Shown piece by piece: positions 46,831-60,686 of a stretch of 64,000 bases of DNA. Every line of letters starts with the position of its first letter. Position 1 is the stretch's first letter. The stretch is from Okamejei kenojei (lineage: Eukaryota), in NCBI GenBank assembly GCA_035221665.1, contig CM069162.1, forward strand, positions 9,548,001-9,612,000, given 5' to 3'. The notes beneath the pieces are model-generated. The model had not been told where the DNA came from and searched no databases. It was given only the letters and a program-made list of their open reading frames with translations. The position numbers and the translations under genes were made by a program.

Positions 46831-49800
46831 GGATTGAACTGTGATCAAACAGAATTGAAAATGTTGTTCGAAATTTGACAAAATTGCGTGTCATGAAACA
46901 TAGTTCAAGACACAAGTTGCACTCCTTCAGCCTTAGATTTCAAAATGCCACAAATAAAATATTGTGGTCTTGGGTCGGGTGCCATCTTCAGAGTGGATGT
47001 TTCAGGTTGGGACTCTACTTCAGGCACACTTTCTGTGATGATGGATAAAACCAGCAATCTTTCTGTGGTCAGTGAATCTAACTTCATATTTTCAGAACTG
47101 TATGATTTAGCATTGTGTCAGATGTAACACATTTTTACACTGATCTAATTAGGAAATTAGAGCACAGGTATAGCTCCTTTGGCCTACAATGGACCAGCAT
47201 ATGCCTTGGAGAATCATGTACCTGCTTAGATTCTTCCAGACATATGAAAGTTACTACCCCTTCTATCCACTCATGCACTAACCAATGTTTTAAAAAGTTG
47301 TGTCATTATCTCCTCGCTTTCATCCAGTGGCTTGGCATATGAAAGCAAGTATCATTTATCCTTATTGACTATTGCCTGCTGTGATTTGCTTATGTATCTC
47401 CACCTCCAATGCCTGTTTTTTTTTAAGTGCTGAGATTAAGATAGTTGTCTACATGAAATGTACCTAATTTGAGGCTGTTGGCAGTCTTAAAGAAAAATTA
47501 ACAACATTCTTTTTCTTGGATATACGAACATTTTGAATCAATAATTTTCTCGTAACATGTATATTTTATCTTTCAATTTTTAAAAGATCCATCATGTGTT
47601 GCTTGTTTTTCCACTTGTAAATTGAATCACGAATGTGGTTTTTGATAATGGTAATTATTTTAACCTTTTTACTTGACACTAGCATTATTCTTCTGTTCAG
47701 TGTTTTCGTAGGTGAAGACTTGAATGTAGATTGTGTCCTCAGATGGGAGTATGCAAAGGTTTAATTTTAGCTGTGTTTAATTGATAGATAATGAGACTGA
47801 AATAGGTATTTTTGTCAGCACAATTTGTTTTTAAACATGCAGGATTGATTTATTTTAAATCATTGAAATAGGGTCATGGATTAAATTCATGTATTTTTTA
47901 CAGAAAAAAATCATATTATCCAAAAAATAAATTTACTGTTGCTTTATTATAAATCTTAAATAGATGTAATCTACATCTGTTTAGATCTTTCCCAAGAATA
48001 GAGGCAGCATTACTATGCCTCCAACAGGCACTTACCATTTCATTTAGTTTTATCTTATGGAAGGTTGTAGCATTGTTTTATTTTTATTATAATAAAATAT
48101 TAATCTGTATTCTGCCTGCAGAGTATAATTTCTATCTCTGTTACCGTACTGTGAGCTTCCTCCCAGCTGTGCACAGAGAACATAAATGTTAAAGGGCAGA
48201 ACACTTGTGCCAAGTTGTTTTAATATTTTATTTGTGGTGTGTTGAAATACAAGGCTAAGTGAGTGTAACTTTTGTCTTGAACCAGGTTTCATGTCAACAC
48301 AGTTTAATCCAGATTTATAACAAAACATTCAATTCTGTTCTGGTAAAATACTTGTAAATATATAAATAGTACAAAGTTACAATTGTGATGTAAAATGGAC
48401 AGTTGGTCTGAATAATAATCAGCATGCATTGTGATATTTCTATGCAGTACATGTTTTAAGTAACTGGTATTAAGTTAACACTGTATGAATTTTTGATTGT
48501 TTTTATCAGTACAATATTATTGTTGGCTACCAATGATCCTGTGGTGCTGGTATGATTCGGTTACTCAATTGGATTGTATAATGTAAATGAGTTTATCTGG
48601 CAGTACCAGATGTCTCCGCGATTACTGTACTTGGAGTTAACTCTCCTGCTTCTATGGGAAAGGTTCATGGATTTGAATACTATTTCATAAATGAACATAT
48701 ATTATAAATGAACACCTCAGGGTGTTAGTATAATGCTACTGTATTGTTCAGTGGTCACTTTTTTGGCAGAACAATTAGGCTGTAACTTCATGTGTTTGAT
48801 TAGGATGGATCAAAAGTGACCAAAGGTTTTAACCCAATAGCACTGTTGCTATGTGACAAAAGGGTAAATATCTTCTCTTCTTAAAGCATTTTGCACAAGG
48901 CTTAAGTCAGGACTATGGTGGAATATTCGGTATACGAATGACTGCAATGGCAGAGAATTAATATTATGTCACATGCTATAGTTGGCACGGTTGCTGAATT
49001 AGGCTCTGGATTCATTGTTCACAAATACCACCAGCTAATGAGGGGTGTCGATAAGGTGGATGGCTCAGTCCTTTCCCCAGGGTAGGGGATTGAAACTAGA
49101 AGGCATTGATTTAAGGTGAGAGGGAATGATTTGTATGGGGCCTGACTGACTGGCAGTTGTTTCCATGCTGCATAACATCAATGATAATGACTAGTAGTAT
49201 ATTTTGTTTGCACTGTGATCTGTTTGTAGGATACTTTGCCTTGCATGCTACAACTAAACAGTGCCTCCCTGCAAAAAACAATAAATGGTTAGGAATCTCA
49301 TCAGGCCCCACTAAGCTGCACATGGTTAGTGTGCACTGATACTGTCACAATCCTTGGTTTCTCAAAGTTTTGTGAGTGATGTCCACGAGGATTGCAGACA
49401 TTTATGGTAACCCACTAGAGCCTTCTCAGCAAAATTAGAGGTGAGCAATAAAAGCAACTTTGCCAGCTTTGATAACATTCCAAGAAAAAACTAAAATAAA
49501 TTACAGAATTTGACGGGTAATATTTGAGGCATAGAATTCTGGCCAACATTTATCCTGCAGATTATAACACCAAAACAAAGTGTCTGGTCCGAATTATAGG
49601 ACCGCGTTCTATATGTAAATTAGTTCAATAATATTTTGTACGCAGCATTTTGAGCTGTGATGCTTGCAATTTGGTTACATTTGTAGACTGTGGAAGTATT
49701 TATAACCAGCAGAAGTAAATGTATATTGTGCTTGTTATTTTCTACGTTTTGAAGTAGCCTCTCCTAATGTAACTGTCCTTATTGGCGATCGATCCTGTGT

Positions 49801-50675
49801 TCCACAATTTAGTTGATATGTCAGGGAATATGAGGGTTCACGTCCATAAGTTTATGTGAAGATATCTATTGACATCTTGTAAGCATATTTTTAATTATCT
49901 ATGATTGTTTGATTTAAGCGCACTGAGTAAATTAGAGTGTATGATATAAGGAAATGAAAATCTGAATGTTGGTTAGTGGCTGGACTTCTGCTATATAAAT
50001 GTGCATTGACGTGCACAGCAATTGAACTCCATTGGCAAATGTTTGTTCTTTTGGATGTTTAATGGTAAACACATGCCGATTTTGTGAAGTTCTAAAGACA
50101 GAAAAACCCATGCTCATAATCTTGTTTAAGGTCAAACTTGTATGATGGTTTAATTGTCTATTGTCTATCAAATGTAGCAGTTTGTGCAGCAGGAAATTTA
50201 TGCTTTTTTTGGAGGGAAGGGAAAATCAGCTTGAATTGATACGTCGAAAGGAAACATTTGGCAGGCACATTTCCTTTGGCTTTCTGTGTTGGTAAGAGTT
50301 AATTTAATGATGCTAAAATCACAAAGAATACTTTTTATAGAATGTTTTCTTTGTCTTTTAAAAGTAATTGCATAACTTAGGGTAGATTTTTTTGTTTCAA
50401 AGAGGTCAAGATACGAGACAGGTAGACTCCACTTTGTCTCAGCTGGAGTTTCCTTGAAACTGTTTGAAATGCTGTAACTGACTGGGCAGTTATGTATATT
50501 ATCAAGACCATCAAAAAAATGCATTAGCAATAATTGTAATTGTTTCGTAATTCGTTGAAGAATTCTGCTGTTCTTCTAGTGTTTGTAGTTTTGTGAAATT
50601 TAGGAAGGCGTCATGGTGTGAAAGACTGCCATTGATGGAAGGCTTTCCACATATCGATTGAATATTTAAAATCTG

Positions 50676-50780
50676 TAGGGAGGAACTGAAGAAGGATCTC
50701 GACCCAAAATGCCACCTATTCCTTTTCTCCAGAGACGCCGTCTGACCCACTGAGTTACTCCAGCCTTTTTGTGTTTGTCT
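50676..50780 (+). mobile_element. PLE 3'-end insert with TSD
   Basis: 18-bp direct repeat TTGAATATTTAAAATCTG at 50658-50675 and 50781-50798. Contains CTGAAGAAGGATCTCGACCCAAAA. Confidence 0.85.
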
Positions 50781-53700
50781 TTGAATATTTAAAATCTGCT
50801 GGTTTACAAGTGATAATAAGAAATTATTGTAACTAAGAATTTAATTGTTCCGTTTCGGTACATGACAATTAAAAACACTGGACTCGCTCTTTTGACTGAT
50901 CTTTTTAAAATGACTTTTGAATATTAAAAAAATCATTCACAGAAATGATAGTTAATATTTTCTGTAATTTATAAACTTCCTTCCTTTAGTATGTCTACTT
51001 TCATGCTGCTTGGGTTCATCTGGATCATGCTTGTCTCGTCTTTATTGCTTTATTAAAACTTGGACATATGAGCTTGCTGTTCCTATCAAATGAATTTGTT
51101 GGATATCAGCGGCCATCTCTTCGACGGCTACCCTAATCCCGAGCTGTGGTGGTCAATCATCCATATGATCATCACTTCTCATTTCCTTACAATGCCCAAC
51201 TGAGTGAGGCATCACTCTTCCTGTGTTCATTCAAAGCTTGTTGATTTCCTTGAATCTTTTTTATCAGTTTCAGCAGACTTCAGCGGGTTTTACAGACTGA
51301 GTTAAAATAGATCATAACTGTCTGATTTAAACAGTCACTAAACTAGTTACACTATTCTTGCTTATCTTTCATTCTCTGGAGCCACCCCACATAGCACAAT
51401 GCCCACTGTTACACCAAAACAGTTCAAACAAAAGATGTTTTGATTCAAGAAAAGTAAAGTTTTATTGTTTCAGTTACAGAGACTGTTAAGTGCCTAGGAT
51501 ATTCAGTTGAGGCTGTCAGCTCCCCTGGCTACATGCTTAGGCCTGTAGAATGCAGAGTGCTTTGCTTGTAACTGCACCCGTTGTCTCCTTTCATTATCTG
51601 TTAATGGTGCTCAACATGACAGGGCTGTGTGATAAATGGAAGCTGCAGTGAAACCCGGAGCTGGATTCTTTGTGTCTGAAAGTGGTGTTTGTGCTTGCTC
51701 TGGAGCAAGCCACAGAAACGTGTAGTCACTTCTAACAAGATATACTTCAAAGTGCATTTTAAATATTACGCTCAGAATCATTACATTGCAGCTTATTTAA
51801 TAGAAAATTACAGTATGCTTTTTTCAAAGCCTGAAATGACTTTCTAATAAACTGCCTGTTATTGGTCCCTACAGACACAAAACTATAATAAAGGAAGGGA
51901 CTTGTATTTAGCTCCTATCACAACCTTGGGATGACCTACAGCCTTCACAGACAATTTTGAAACGTGGTCACCGTTGTATTGTAAAGAATTCAGAAGCCAA
52001 AGCCGTGTCTTAGAAATGAGGTGTTGGATCAAATGTTTTTTGACGATAGATATTGGCACCTATAGATCGGACACCAGAATTCTATTCTCTTGGTATTTTC
52101 AGATGGGATCTTTCACATCCACGTCGTAGGGTGGATTATTAAAAAGATCCTAAGAATGCCACACTCCCTCGGTGTACTGCATGGTAGTGATAGCTTGGAC
52201 TTTGTATGTGTCTCAACTGAGGTTTGAATGAACTCATGACCCGAAAGTCTTAAGATAAAGAGTGCCACCTTTCGGCCAAAGGCTCACACGTGATACTTAT
52301 GAATGAATTTTGGCACATTTTACACTTGCATTAAGCCATTTTGGATTGTGGTGAGCAGACAAATGCTAACTAATTTTTGAATGGAATGTTTTAACTTGAT
52401 TCAGTATTTTAGAAGCTTCAGGTGAAAATAGCCAATGTGCAATTTATTTTAATGATGCAAGCTTTTATTTCTCTTTCAATTCGGCTCAAAGCAGAAGACG
52501 GCAGTGTTGTTGATACTTAGTCTTCTGAGCATTAAATAATTGGAAAAACATGTCCCATTTGAAATATAAATGTTGTACACCAGTAGTGATTGAGACTAGT
52601 TGAATATAATTAAATACAGGTGTTAGATCGGGTATGGTGAACATTTATTTGTTGTAATGTTGATACATGGTCATTTTGTATGGTTCAAATATTATGCATT
52701 CCCCTCATAAAAATACATTGCAACATTGTCCATTCAAGAAAGCATTTTAAAATGGACCATTTGTCTTTTTTTGTTATTAAAATTCTTCCATTAAATAAGT
52801 TGCATTGTTTTATAGAATACTAATGAGTAATTTGAATTCAACTTTGGAATGCGGAATCATTTAAAAAAACGAATTTGTCACATTGAAAGGAAAGGGTTAA
52901 CAGTGCGATTGAATATTTGTTTATTTTCTTGGCTGTTGTTGTGGTACCCTCCTTACAGCCAGCTACCTGAGGACACCTCAAATCAGGTTTTAAAAATATG
53001 ATGGTTCAAACAATGGGAAACAAAGTTAATTAATGCTAATATAGTCAAGTGGTTCTGTTTACTGATCTGGTGAAAGGTTGTTTGAAAAACCCAACACAAA
53101 CTATTTTGGAACATTTCATCTTAACCTCTCTGGTGAGCATCAATCATAGTACTCAAGAATGAATGACTGCTTTCTTGTTACAAGTCATAGCGTTCATTGC
53201 ATCTTTCTTTTTTTTTTCCCCCATGAACTTCCATTGTTGATTAGAGAAATTGTCTTTGATTAATTCGCAGTTGAAAATGGCATGTCTGCTTCTGTGGTTT
53301 TGTGAGTTTGGGATTGATTTCAACTGTGACAGGTGTGGAGCACTTACAAAGCCACTTGGTTATGGAGCTTATTTTCAAGCGGTGTTTTTCCCATGAGGCG
53401 CCTCTTATTGAGTAGCTAATGTACAGTGTGTCTTCGCAGCAAGCCAGAGCAACGTGGTGTTCAATTTTTATTGATCTGTCATGCTTTCAGGGTGAGACGG
53501 TCATAACTGTTGATAAACCATCTTGATTAAAATTATTTTGTGTTTTAAATTATGCTCATAAAACCTGTGTTTTTGAGACTATTTTGATTAGCTTGTATTT
53601 AAACATTATATCCTTATTCAGCCGTAAATATGCTGAAACGTGGCCTATGTCTGCTGCTTTGAATTGTCAAGAGACATTTGACAATTCCCCCCCCCCCCCC

Positions 53701-55707
53701 CACGATCTGTGTACATTCATCTGAGCAGTGCATTAATATTCCGCACAATAGCTATAGATCTGAGATGCAGATGACTCCGGGGATATTGTCTCTAATATCT
53801 TGCTTGCTGATGCATTTCTGGCTGACCATGCCATTAAGAACAGTCATCAATCACAATCTAGTTCTTTCTGTGCTTGACTCCAGTCCTGGTTTTTCCTGGT
53901 ACTTGTTGTTGGAGGTTTGTTCTCCTTCACTGGTGTCTGGATAAAGAAGACTACGTCAGGCATGTGGAGTGTCTGCAGCACAGCTGAGCATGGAGTGTGA
54001 AAGAAACCACAATCTGCACTGACTCCGGTAACCATTCAGCTCTGATTTCCTTCGCTGTATATGTACAACGGTGTGCTCTTTTTAACTTGCCAGCTCTGTC
54101 CTGGCCAAGCTTGATTGAGAAGCAAAGCAGCAGGCCTCTTTGTTATCAAGTGCCTTCTCTCCATGGGCTGTGGCTGTTAACGGATACAGCAGCGCTGACA
54201 TTGTTTAGCCTGGTTGTTGGATTAGGCCCAGGCCATGAAGAAGGTCCGCTGGGGTCAGCTGAACAGCTGCTAGAATTGCGGTAAAGTTGTTGCTGTCACC
54301 TCAAGGAATTTTGAAGATTAACAGATTGTACTGACTAGGTTGCGGGGAAGAGCTGGCATGGAAAAAAATGAAAGCTGAAACAAAAACCATTTCCTCTCGG
54401 TTATCTCTTTTATCACTATTTTTCTCATGTTGCTGAACTTGTGTGGGAGTGTCTGGAAGTGGAATGTCTTTTATGTTTTTGTCTGGTAACTGTGCAAAGT
54501 ATGCGATTAGTTTTTTATCATGTATTTACACAATACCGTAAAGCCAGCAAGCACAGGTCGTGAAAATAGGACCTGCTTGACCTGTTTACGCATAAGGTTT
54601 GTTTTGTGGGGGAAATCAAAAAGCTTTATTGCCTTTGTCTCATTGCCATCTCCATGCTACTGTGTGCACATGTGTCTCCGATCACTGTGGAGCACAGCGT
54701 GCCTCGTCAGCCACCCCCAGCAGTATTAATTATACACAAAGAGAAAATTATCAAGAAAATAGGAGACTGTTTTGTGTACACACAAAAAAAAACACTTCTC
54801 GGGAACTGTTGATAGAAAAGCTTCCGAAACATAGAGTCCTTGAGTGATTGTTATACTTTGGCAATCGGCGCTTGGCAGACAGCTCCAGGAATGTCATTCG
54901 ATCTGACTGCATGATAGAATTGGCTAGGATTACATTAGTGTTTTCTATGGCTGTTGAAAGTGATGCATCAGCGAGTGGTCTTCAGTAACACATTTTAACT
55001 CTTTGGTCTGTTTGTTTTAGTTGCTTTATGCATTAGGGTGTTTGCTTGAGTTTGTAGTATTTTTCGGTTTTGTCTCCAAGTGTTTCTGAGATTAAAGCAA
55101 GCAGGATGTTAACATACAGCTCACAGTTTCCTCTTATTTTTGTGTCATTGACGAGAATAAAATATCACAAGAAAACAATATCAAGTTCTTAATTACAGAT
55201 GCAAAATGACTTTTTGTCTTGTGTTGCCTGAACTTACTGTAAAACATCCTGCATTTGTTTTTTCCCCTGCTCGGTTTTGATGTGTTGGATTATGTGATGT
55301 TTACACCAGATTTGCTGTAATGCACAGGATGCAAGTATCAGAAAGATTGTGTAAATGTGACTCAAACTGATTTATAAGGCTGATGCCTAAAAACAACATA
55401 TTACTTGGACCTATTCTTACCTTCAACGTTGTTTTTAACTTTTTAATTCATTCGATATTTGTGTGAAATCAAATTATGAATTCTGAATTCAGTACACCAA
55501 TTTGTTCTGTACTTTTTGGAAAAAGAGCACTCGGTCAACAAGCAAAATTTAAAATTGCCTGTGCCAGTGTATTTTTTCAAAATTAACAGATCCACACCTT
55601 ATAGTTTTTGGCATATTTTTAAAAAGAAGCTGAGGAAAAACCATGCAGTAACTTGGGTTTTTCGACCACATGTTGCAAGTTTATCTAAGGAAGTTATTCA
55701 ATGTTAA

Positions 55708-55806
55708 ATGAAAAATAAACTGCTGGAGCAATTTAGCAGGTCAGGCAGCATCTGTGGAGGGAAATAGATAGATGATGTTTTAGGTCAGGACCCTTCTTCA
55801 ACACTG
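55708..55806 (-). mobile_element. PLE 3'-end insert with TSD
   Basis: Direct repeat TTCAATGTTAA at 55697-55707 and 55807-55817. Contains GGTCAGGCAGCATCTGTGGAGGG..GGACCCTTCTTCA. Confidence 0.75.
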
Positions 55807-56569
55807 TTCAATGTTAATCTTAATTTGTATCAGAATTCCATCGAGGAGGTGTGATTGATACCACAACGCAACAGCTTTAAAATGTGAAACCTTAAAAGCA
55901 GCTAAGGCTCCACGAATAAGACGTTCACAGAAGGAATACCCTGGACAAATGGCAAGCAATTCTTTTTCCGATTAAGTTTTAAATAAAGTAATTTGTGGAC
56001 AGTTCCATCTATGCATTCACTTTCTGAATTGGGGTCACGTAATGGTGTTGGTTAATACAAAAAAAAAGATTTTTGTGATGGCATTCATAAGCCATTTCAT
56101 ATTTGGTTTCTCAAACGTTAAACTTATTATTGCAAGTTTATAAGTTAATTCAAAGAACTTAGTCTAACATGTGCACCATTTTAATGCTTTAATTCCTATG
56201 GCCTAACCAATTTTAAATTTAGTTGGGTTTTCGACCTAAGACATTAACTCTGTTTCTCTTTCCATGCATGCAGCCTGACCTGTTGATATCTCCAACTGAG
56301 CCAAATAGTAATGATTTGTCTTCTAATGTCCACAACTTTCTTCCAGCGCAGTTGCCCAAAATGCCACCTGTCCTGGATCATATTCATGGGACATCAAGCC
56401 TGAAGTAAATTAAGCACATTAGGTTGAATTGGCAGAAAATGCATCGAAGTGCTGATGATTTTGCATAACTCTGAAATTAATCCAGGTTTCAAGTAATGTA
56501 AAAATGAGCTGTGAATTTGAGCTAAAGAACAAGTGTGTTGTATTTTCAGTAGATTTCAAAGCAACCTAA

Positions 56570-56780
56570 ATTTTGGAAATAAAGTAGAAAATGGTGGGGA
56601 CACTCAGCAATTCAACAGTGGAGTGAGAAATGCCGTTAATGTTTTTGGGTTTGTCAGAATTGAACATTTTCTGATGAAACTCTTCCAGTTCTGAAGAAAA
56701 GACATTGACCTGAAAATGTAACTCTTTGTTTTTCTCCAGATACAGTTTGACATGCTGCGTGTTTTCAGCATTTTCTGTTT
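56570..56780. mobile_element. Old PLE-type palindromic insert
   Basis: AGAAAATGGTGGGGACACTCAGCA / TGCTGCGTGTTTTCAGCATTTTCT arms. Contains CTGAAGAAAAGACATTGACCTGAAAATGT. Confidence 0.55.
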
Positions 56781-57443
56781 TTTTTTAAATTCCTTAAATC
56801 TATTCCATTGAACCTTTTACCATGTTTTCCACTGAACTAAGCACTGATACTTAGCATATTTTTTATTAAAGTAAATTTCCTGATTTGTGGTGCTGAATGA
56901 GCCCAGGGTAGCATTAATTCATGGTGTCACTAGTGTCAATATGCACACTTCTCTTGTAGTTCTGTTAAAGCCTTTTATGTGAATTTCAACACTTCAAACA
57001 TTCTCCTTCAAATCGTATCTCTAAGTCTTTGAACCCAACGAAAATCTGCTTTGAAAGTACACGTTTAGTGTTTTAAAAAAAATACTTTTCTCTATGTAAT
57101 TATGAAAAAACATTAAATCATTATGCTGAAAACTCTTAAACAAGGAATACTCAGACCATAGGAATTGTGCAGTGTTTTAATATTTAACATCTGCAACTGA
57201 ATTATTAAAAAATATATACAGATTTAAGTACACATTAGAAAAAGTATTTGGAACCTTGGATAAAACGTTATTTTATTTTTAAGTTTATTTTTCCATTTGG
57301 TTTAGATTGCACTTAGTGACACTGCTAAAATGAATTCTTGGTGCGACTTTAATTATGACATTTAAGCTGTAGTAAGATAAAATTAACCAAGTGCAGTAGT
57401 GACATTTGAACACATGGTTGTTGAAGGATTAAACTATATTTTT

Positions 57444-57822
57444 AAGGTAGATAAAATGCTGGAGTAACTCAGTGGGACAGGCAGCATCTCTGGAGAGAAG
57501 GAATGGGTGACTTGTCAGGGGAGTGGGTGGGACAGAGATAGAATGTAGTTGGACACAGTAAGACTGGTGGGAGAACTGGGAAAGGGGAGGGGATGGAGAG
57601 AGAGGGAAAGCAAGGGCTATTTGAAGTTGGAGATGTCAATGTTCATACCGCTGGGGTGTAAGCTACCCAAGCAAAATATGAGGTGCTGTACCTCCAATTT
57701 GCACTGGGCCTCACTCTGACAATGGAGGAGGCCCAGGACAGAAAGGTCAGATTGGGAATGGGAGGGGGAGTTAAAGTGCTGAGTAACCGGGCGATCAGGC
57801 GGACTGAGTGGAGGTGTTCACT
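57444..57822 (-). mobile_element. Penelope-like element 3' end including the GIY-YIG C-terminus
   Basis: EHLHSVR..PVTQHFNSPSHSQSDLSVLGLLHCQSEAQCKLEVQHLIFCLGSLHPSGMNIDISNFK* (stop at 57617-57619). It is followed by the same 3' sequence found in the short inserts. Confidence 0.9.
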
Positions 57823-58786
57823 GTGTTTGGTTATAACAACACTTGCTTCCAACATATGGCAGCTAGTGGAACTTCACTGATTCAAAAGATGTGTGAAATA
57901 TGTTTTGTAAAAGCTTGTGTATATTATTATTTTTTTTAATGGATTGGGATACTGCTTTGTTTCATGGATACGTGATTAGGATATATGGTCATTGGATGGA
58001 TGAGTTGTCATCTATTTTGAGAATTGAAGCTATTCAACGGCAAATTTCAAACAAAGAATGACTTTTTAAAAATATAGCTACGTTACTTTCCTTGTATACG
58101 ATGCCATAATTTTGATTAAGTTCACAAACTTTAAGGCAGTCACATATTGTGAACATTATCATATTTAAATGCATTTTGTGAATGCTACTGATTCGAACAA
58201 CAGTCTTGATTGCTATAATCTCATCATGGAATATGAAGAGGGTTTCTGATAATTTGAAGCTGTTTGAAACACTGCTGGTGGAGGGTCTTTGAAGTGGCCT
58301 CTGTCTCACGTAGGATGTGCAGCAACATTCAGTGGACAGCAAACGGATAATTTCCCGACAATTGATTGATTCAGAGATATCTGCGTTATTCAGGACACTA
58401 GAATTAACAACCCTGCACATCTTTGTACAGAATATTTTATATTAATTGAGAAACCAGGTTCAGTATATATCTTTAAATCTGCCTGTACTAGACAGTAAAA
58501 CTAGATTGTCTCAAGTCTTTGGCTTAGGGTTTGATCCCACACGGTTCTGACTTGCATGTATCGGCCACAGGTGAGTTTCATCAGCTGCAGATAATATTAA
58601 ACATAGTTTAAAATAAAAATAACAAATTCATGTAATATATTAAAATTGCTTAATATTTCATGATGAATATGTGTTATATACTGAGGTTGTCTTTAAAGAA
58701 TACAAGCATGAAATTGATAAACTCGTTGGAAATAATTTAAACAAGTGCTAGATCACTTCAAAGGCTGGCTTCAAAGTAAGATGGTC

Positions 58787-59070
58787 TTTAGAGATACAGC
58801 GCGTAAACAGGTCCTTTGGCCCACTGAGTCCGTGCCGTCCAGCAACCGCCCTGTACATTACCACTGTCCTTCATGCTAGGTACAATTTACAGTTTTACTA
58901 AAGTCAAGTATTCTATAAACCTGTACATCTTTGGAGTGTGGGAGAGCACCCGGAGAAAACCCATGCGATCACAGGGAGAATGTCCAAATTCTGTACAGAC
59001 AGTACCCGCAGTCAGGATTGAACTCGGGTCTCTGGTGCTGTTAGGCAGCACTCTTATCACTGTCACTTTG
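58787..59070 (-). mobile_element. tRNA-derived SINE (HE1/V-SINE-like), near full length
   Basis: TTTAGAGATACAGCGCGTAAACAGG..GGAGAGCACCCGGAGAAAACCCA..CAGGATTGAACTCGGGTCTCTGGTGCTGTTAGGCAGCA. Confidence 0.85.
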
Positions 59071-59799
59071 CCGTGCAAGTGTTGTTCAAAAATGTGCACT
59101 ATCAGTCTGGTTTGATTCTGCACAGCTAAATTTCACAAATTAGGCCAAAATTATGGATGTATTTTGTTGGTAGCACCCAGTTTGGAACTGCAACACATTT
59201 TGAGAAACAACCATTGATTTAATATTGGTCTGTCATTTTGACTCTAATGTGCAAGCTGGAACACCTGTTGGGACTTTGTTAGTAACTGCAGCATTTCAAT
59301 TGAACTGTTAAATCTGTGTTCTAGATTTTAACTAAATAGCTACATTGGGACTTAGCCAAAGTCTAAGCACATCTGTTCTATAGAAAATGCTTCTTCAATA
59401 GCTCCTTATTGCCACTGGTTATTTCACCTACGCATGGGAGAAAAAAAGGTTTTGAAATACGCTTTCAATTTACTGATGGCCATTGATTACTTCTTGATTT
59501 CTCATGAGGCACATGGTTTTAACAATCTGTGATTTTAGCAAATTGGACATTTGTGTTAAAGTAGGATTTTGTAATTCATTTGAAAATAATTTTGGACATT
59601 ACAGATGAACTTGTTTTGCCAAAAAGGGAAAATGTGCTTAAAGTACAGCTCACATAGGTATTCATATCACAAAGCCAGTGGTATACAGTGTACCATGGTT
59701 TGAAGAGAGATTTCATGAGATTATGATTCATGGAGGGCTACTTGTTCAAATTTGGATGTACTATCAAAGAAAAAAAACATGCCGATTTAAAAAAAAATA

Positions 59800-60686
59800 T
59801 ATATATATAATAAAGTTGGGATCCCATTGTGATGTTCTTGTGACGTCGAACTCGTGATGGTCAGGGCAAATGGAAAAGTGATTTTTGTAACGTTTAAAAT
59901 GTGAATAACTTGTAAAATATACCTTCAATCTGAACAAAATTTGTTTCATTTGCATCACATAAAAATGGTCAGTAAGGTGGGCCGAAAATTGTAGCGCTAT
60001 CGTGTACCGTTGTGGAGGGATATTGATCGGACGCACACATTCACTCACACACACTCACAGGCTCTTCTAACGTATATTTATAAGTGGGACCAGTTGGGTC
60101 CCTGTCACACAGGAGGTCTGGTCCCCCAACACAACTTGTTCCGCCAACGCAATATTCAACCACTCGCCGATGGCCCCCATGGGAGGCCTGGTCCCCAAAC
60201 GCAGTCCGTTCCCAAACACAATATTCCACCACTCACCCATAGCCCCCAACTTGCAGGGGCAGCTCATTTCCCCTTATGCACCCTCCCTCTTTTTAAACTT
60301 AAAAAAAAATCCAATTGCACTTGCTGCCAGGTAAAAAAAATCCAATTGCACTTGCTGCCTGGACTCGGTGTCCTGGGATTTGCAACATTGTAATGGGCAG
60401 GGCCAGCAATTAGATTCAGATTTTTTACAGTGAGATGTTAAGTGAAAAGTTAAATGTGTAAAGTGTTAAATGTGAAAAACTTGTAAATATATAACATCAA
60501 TCTGAACGAAACTTGATACCACGCACCAATGGTGAGTAAGGTGGTCCAAAAATTGTAGCGCTATCCTGTACTGTTTTGGCATAATTCAGGGCATTGGGGC
60601 ATGAGTCACAGACAGACACACAGGCAGACTCACAAACAGACAAAATGAGAGTTTTAGTAATATATATATAATATATAGAAGATAGA
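59800..60686 (+). mobile_element. Helitron/Helentron-like non-autonomous element with duplicated modules
   Basis: GGGACC-AGTTG-GGTCCC hairpin at ~60086. A ~110-bp module repeats at ~59895-60010 and ~60465-60580, each copy followed by a CA/ACAG microsatellite. Ends TTTTAGTAATATATA..TAGA. No TIR or TSD seen. Confidence 0.6.

Noticed and set aside
58990-59070. tRNA gene
   Set aside because: It is the tRNA-derived head of a SINE and has no complete cloverleaf.
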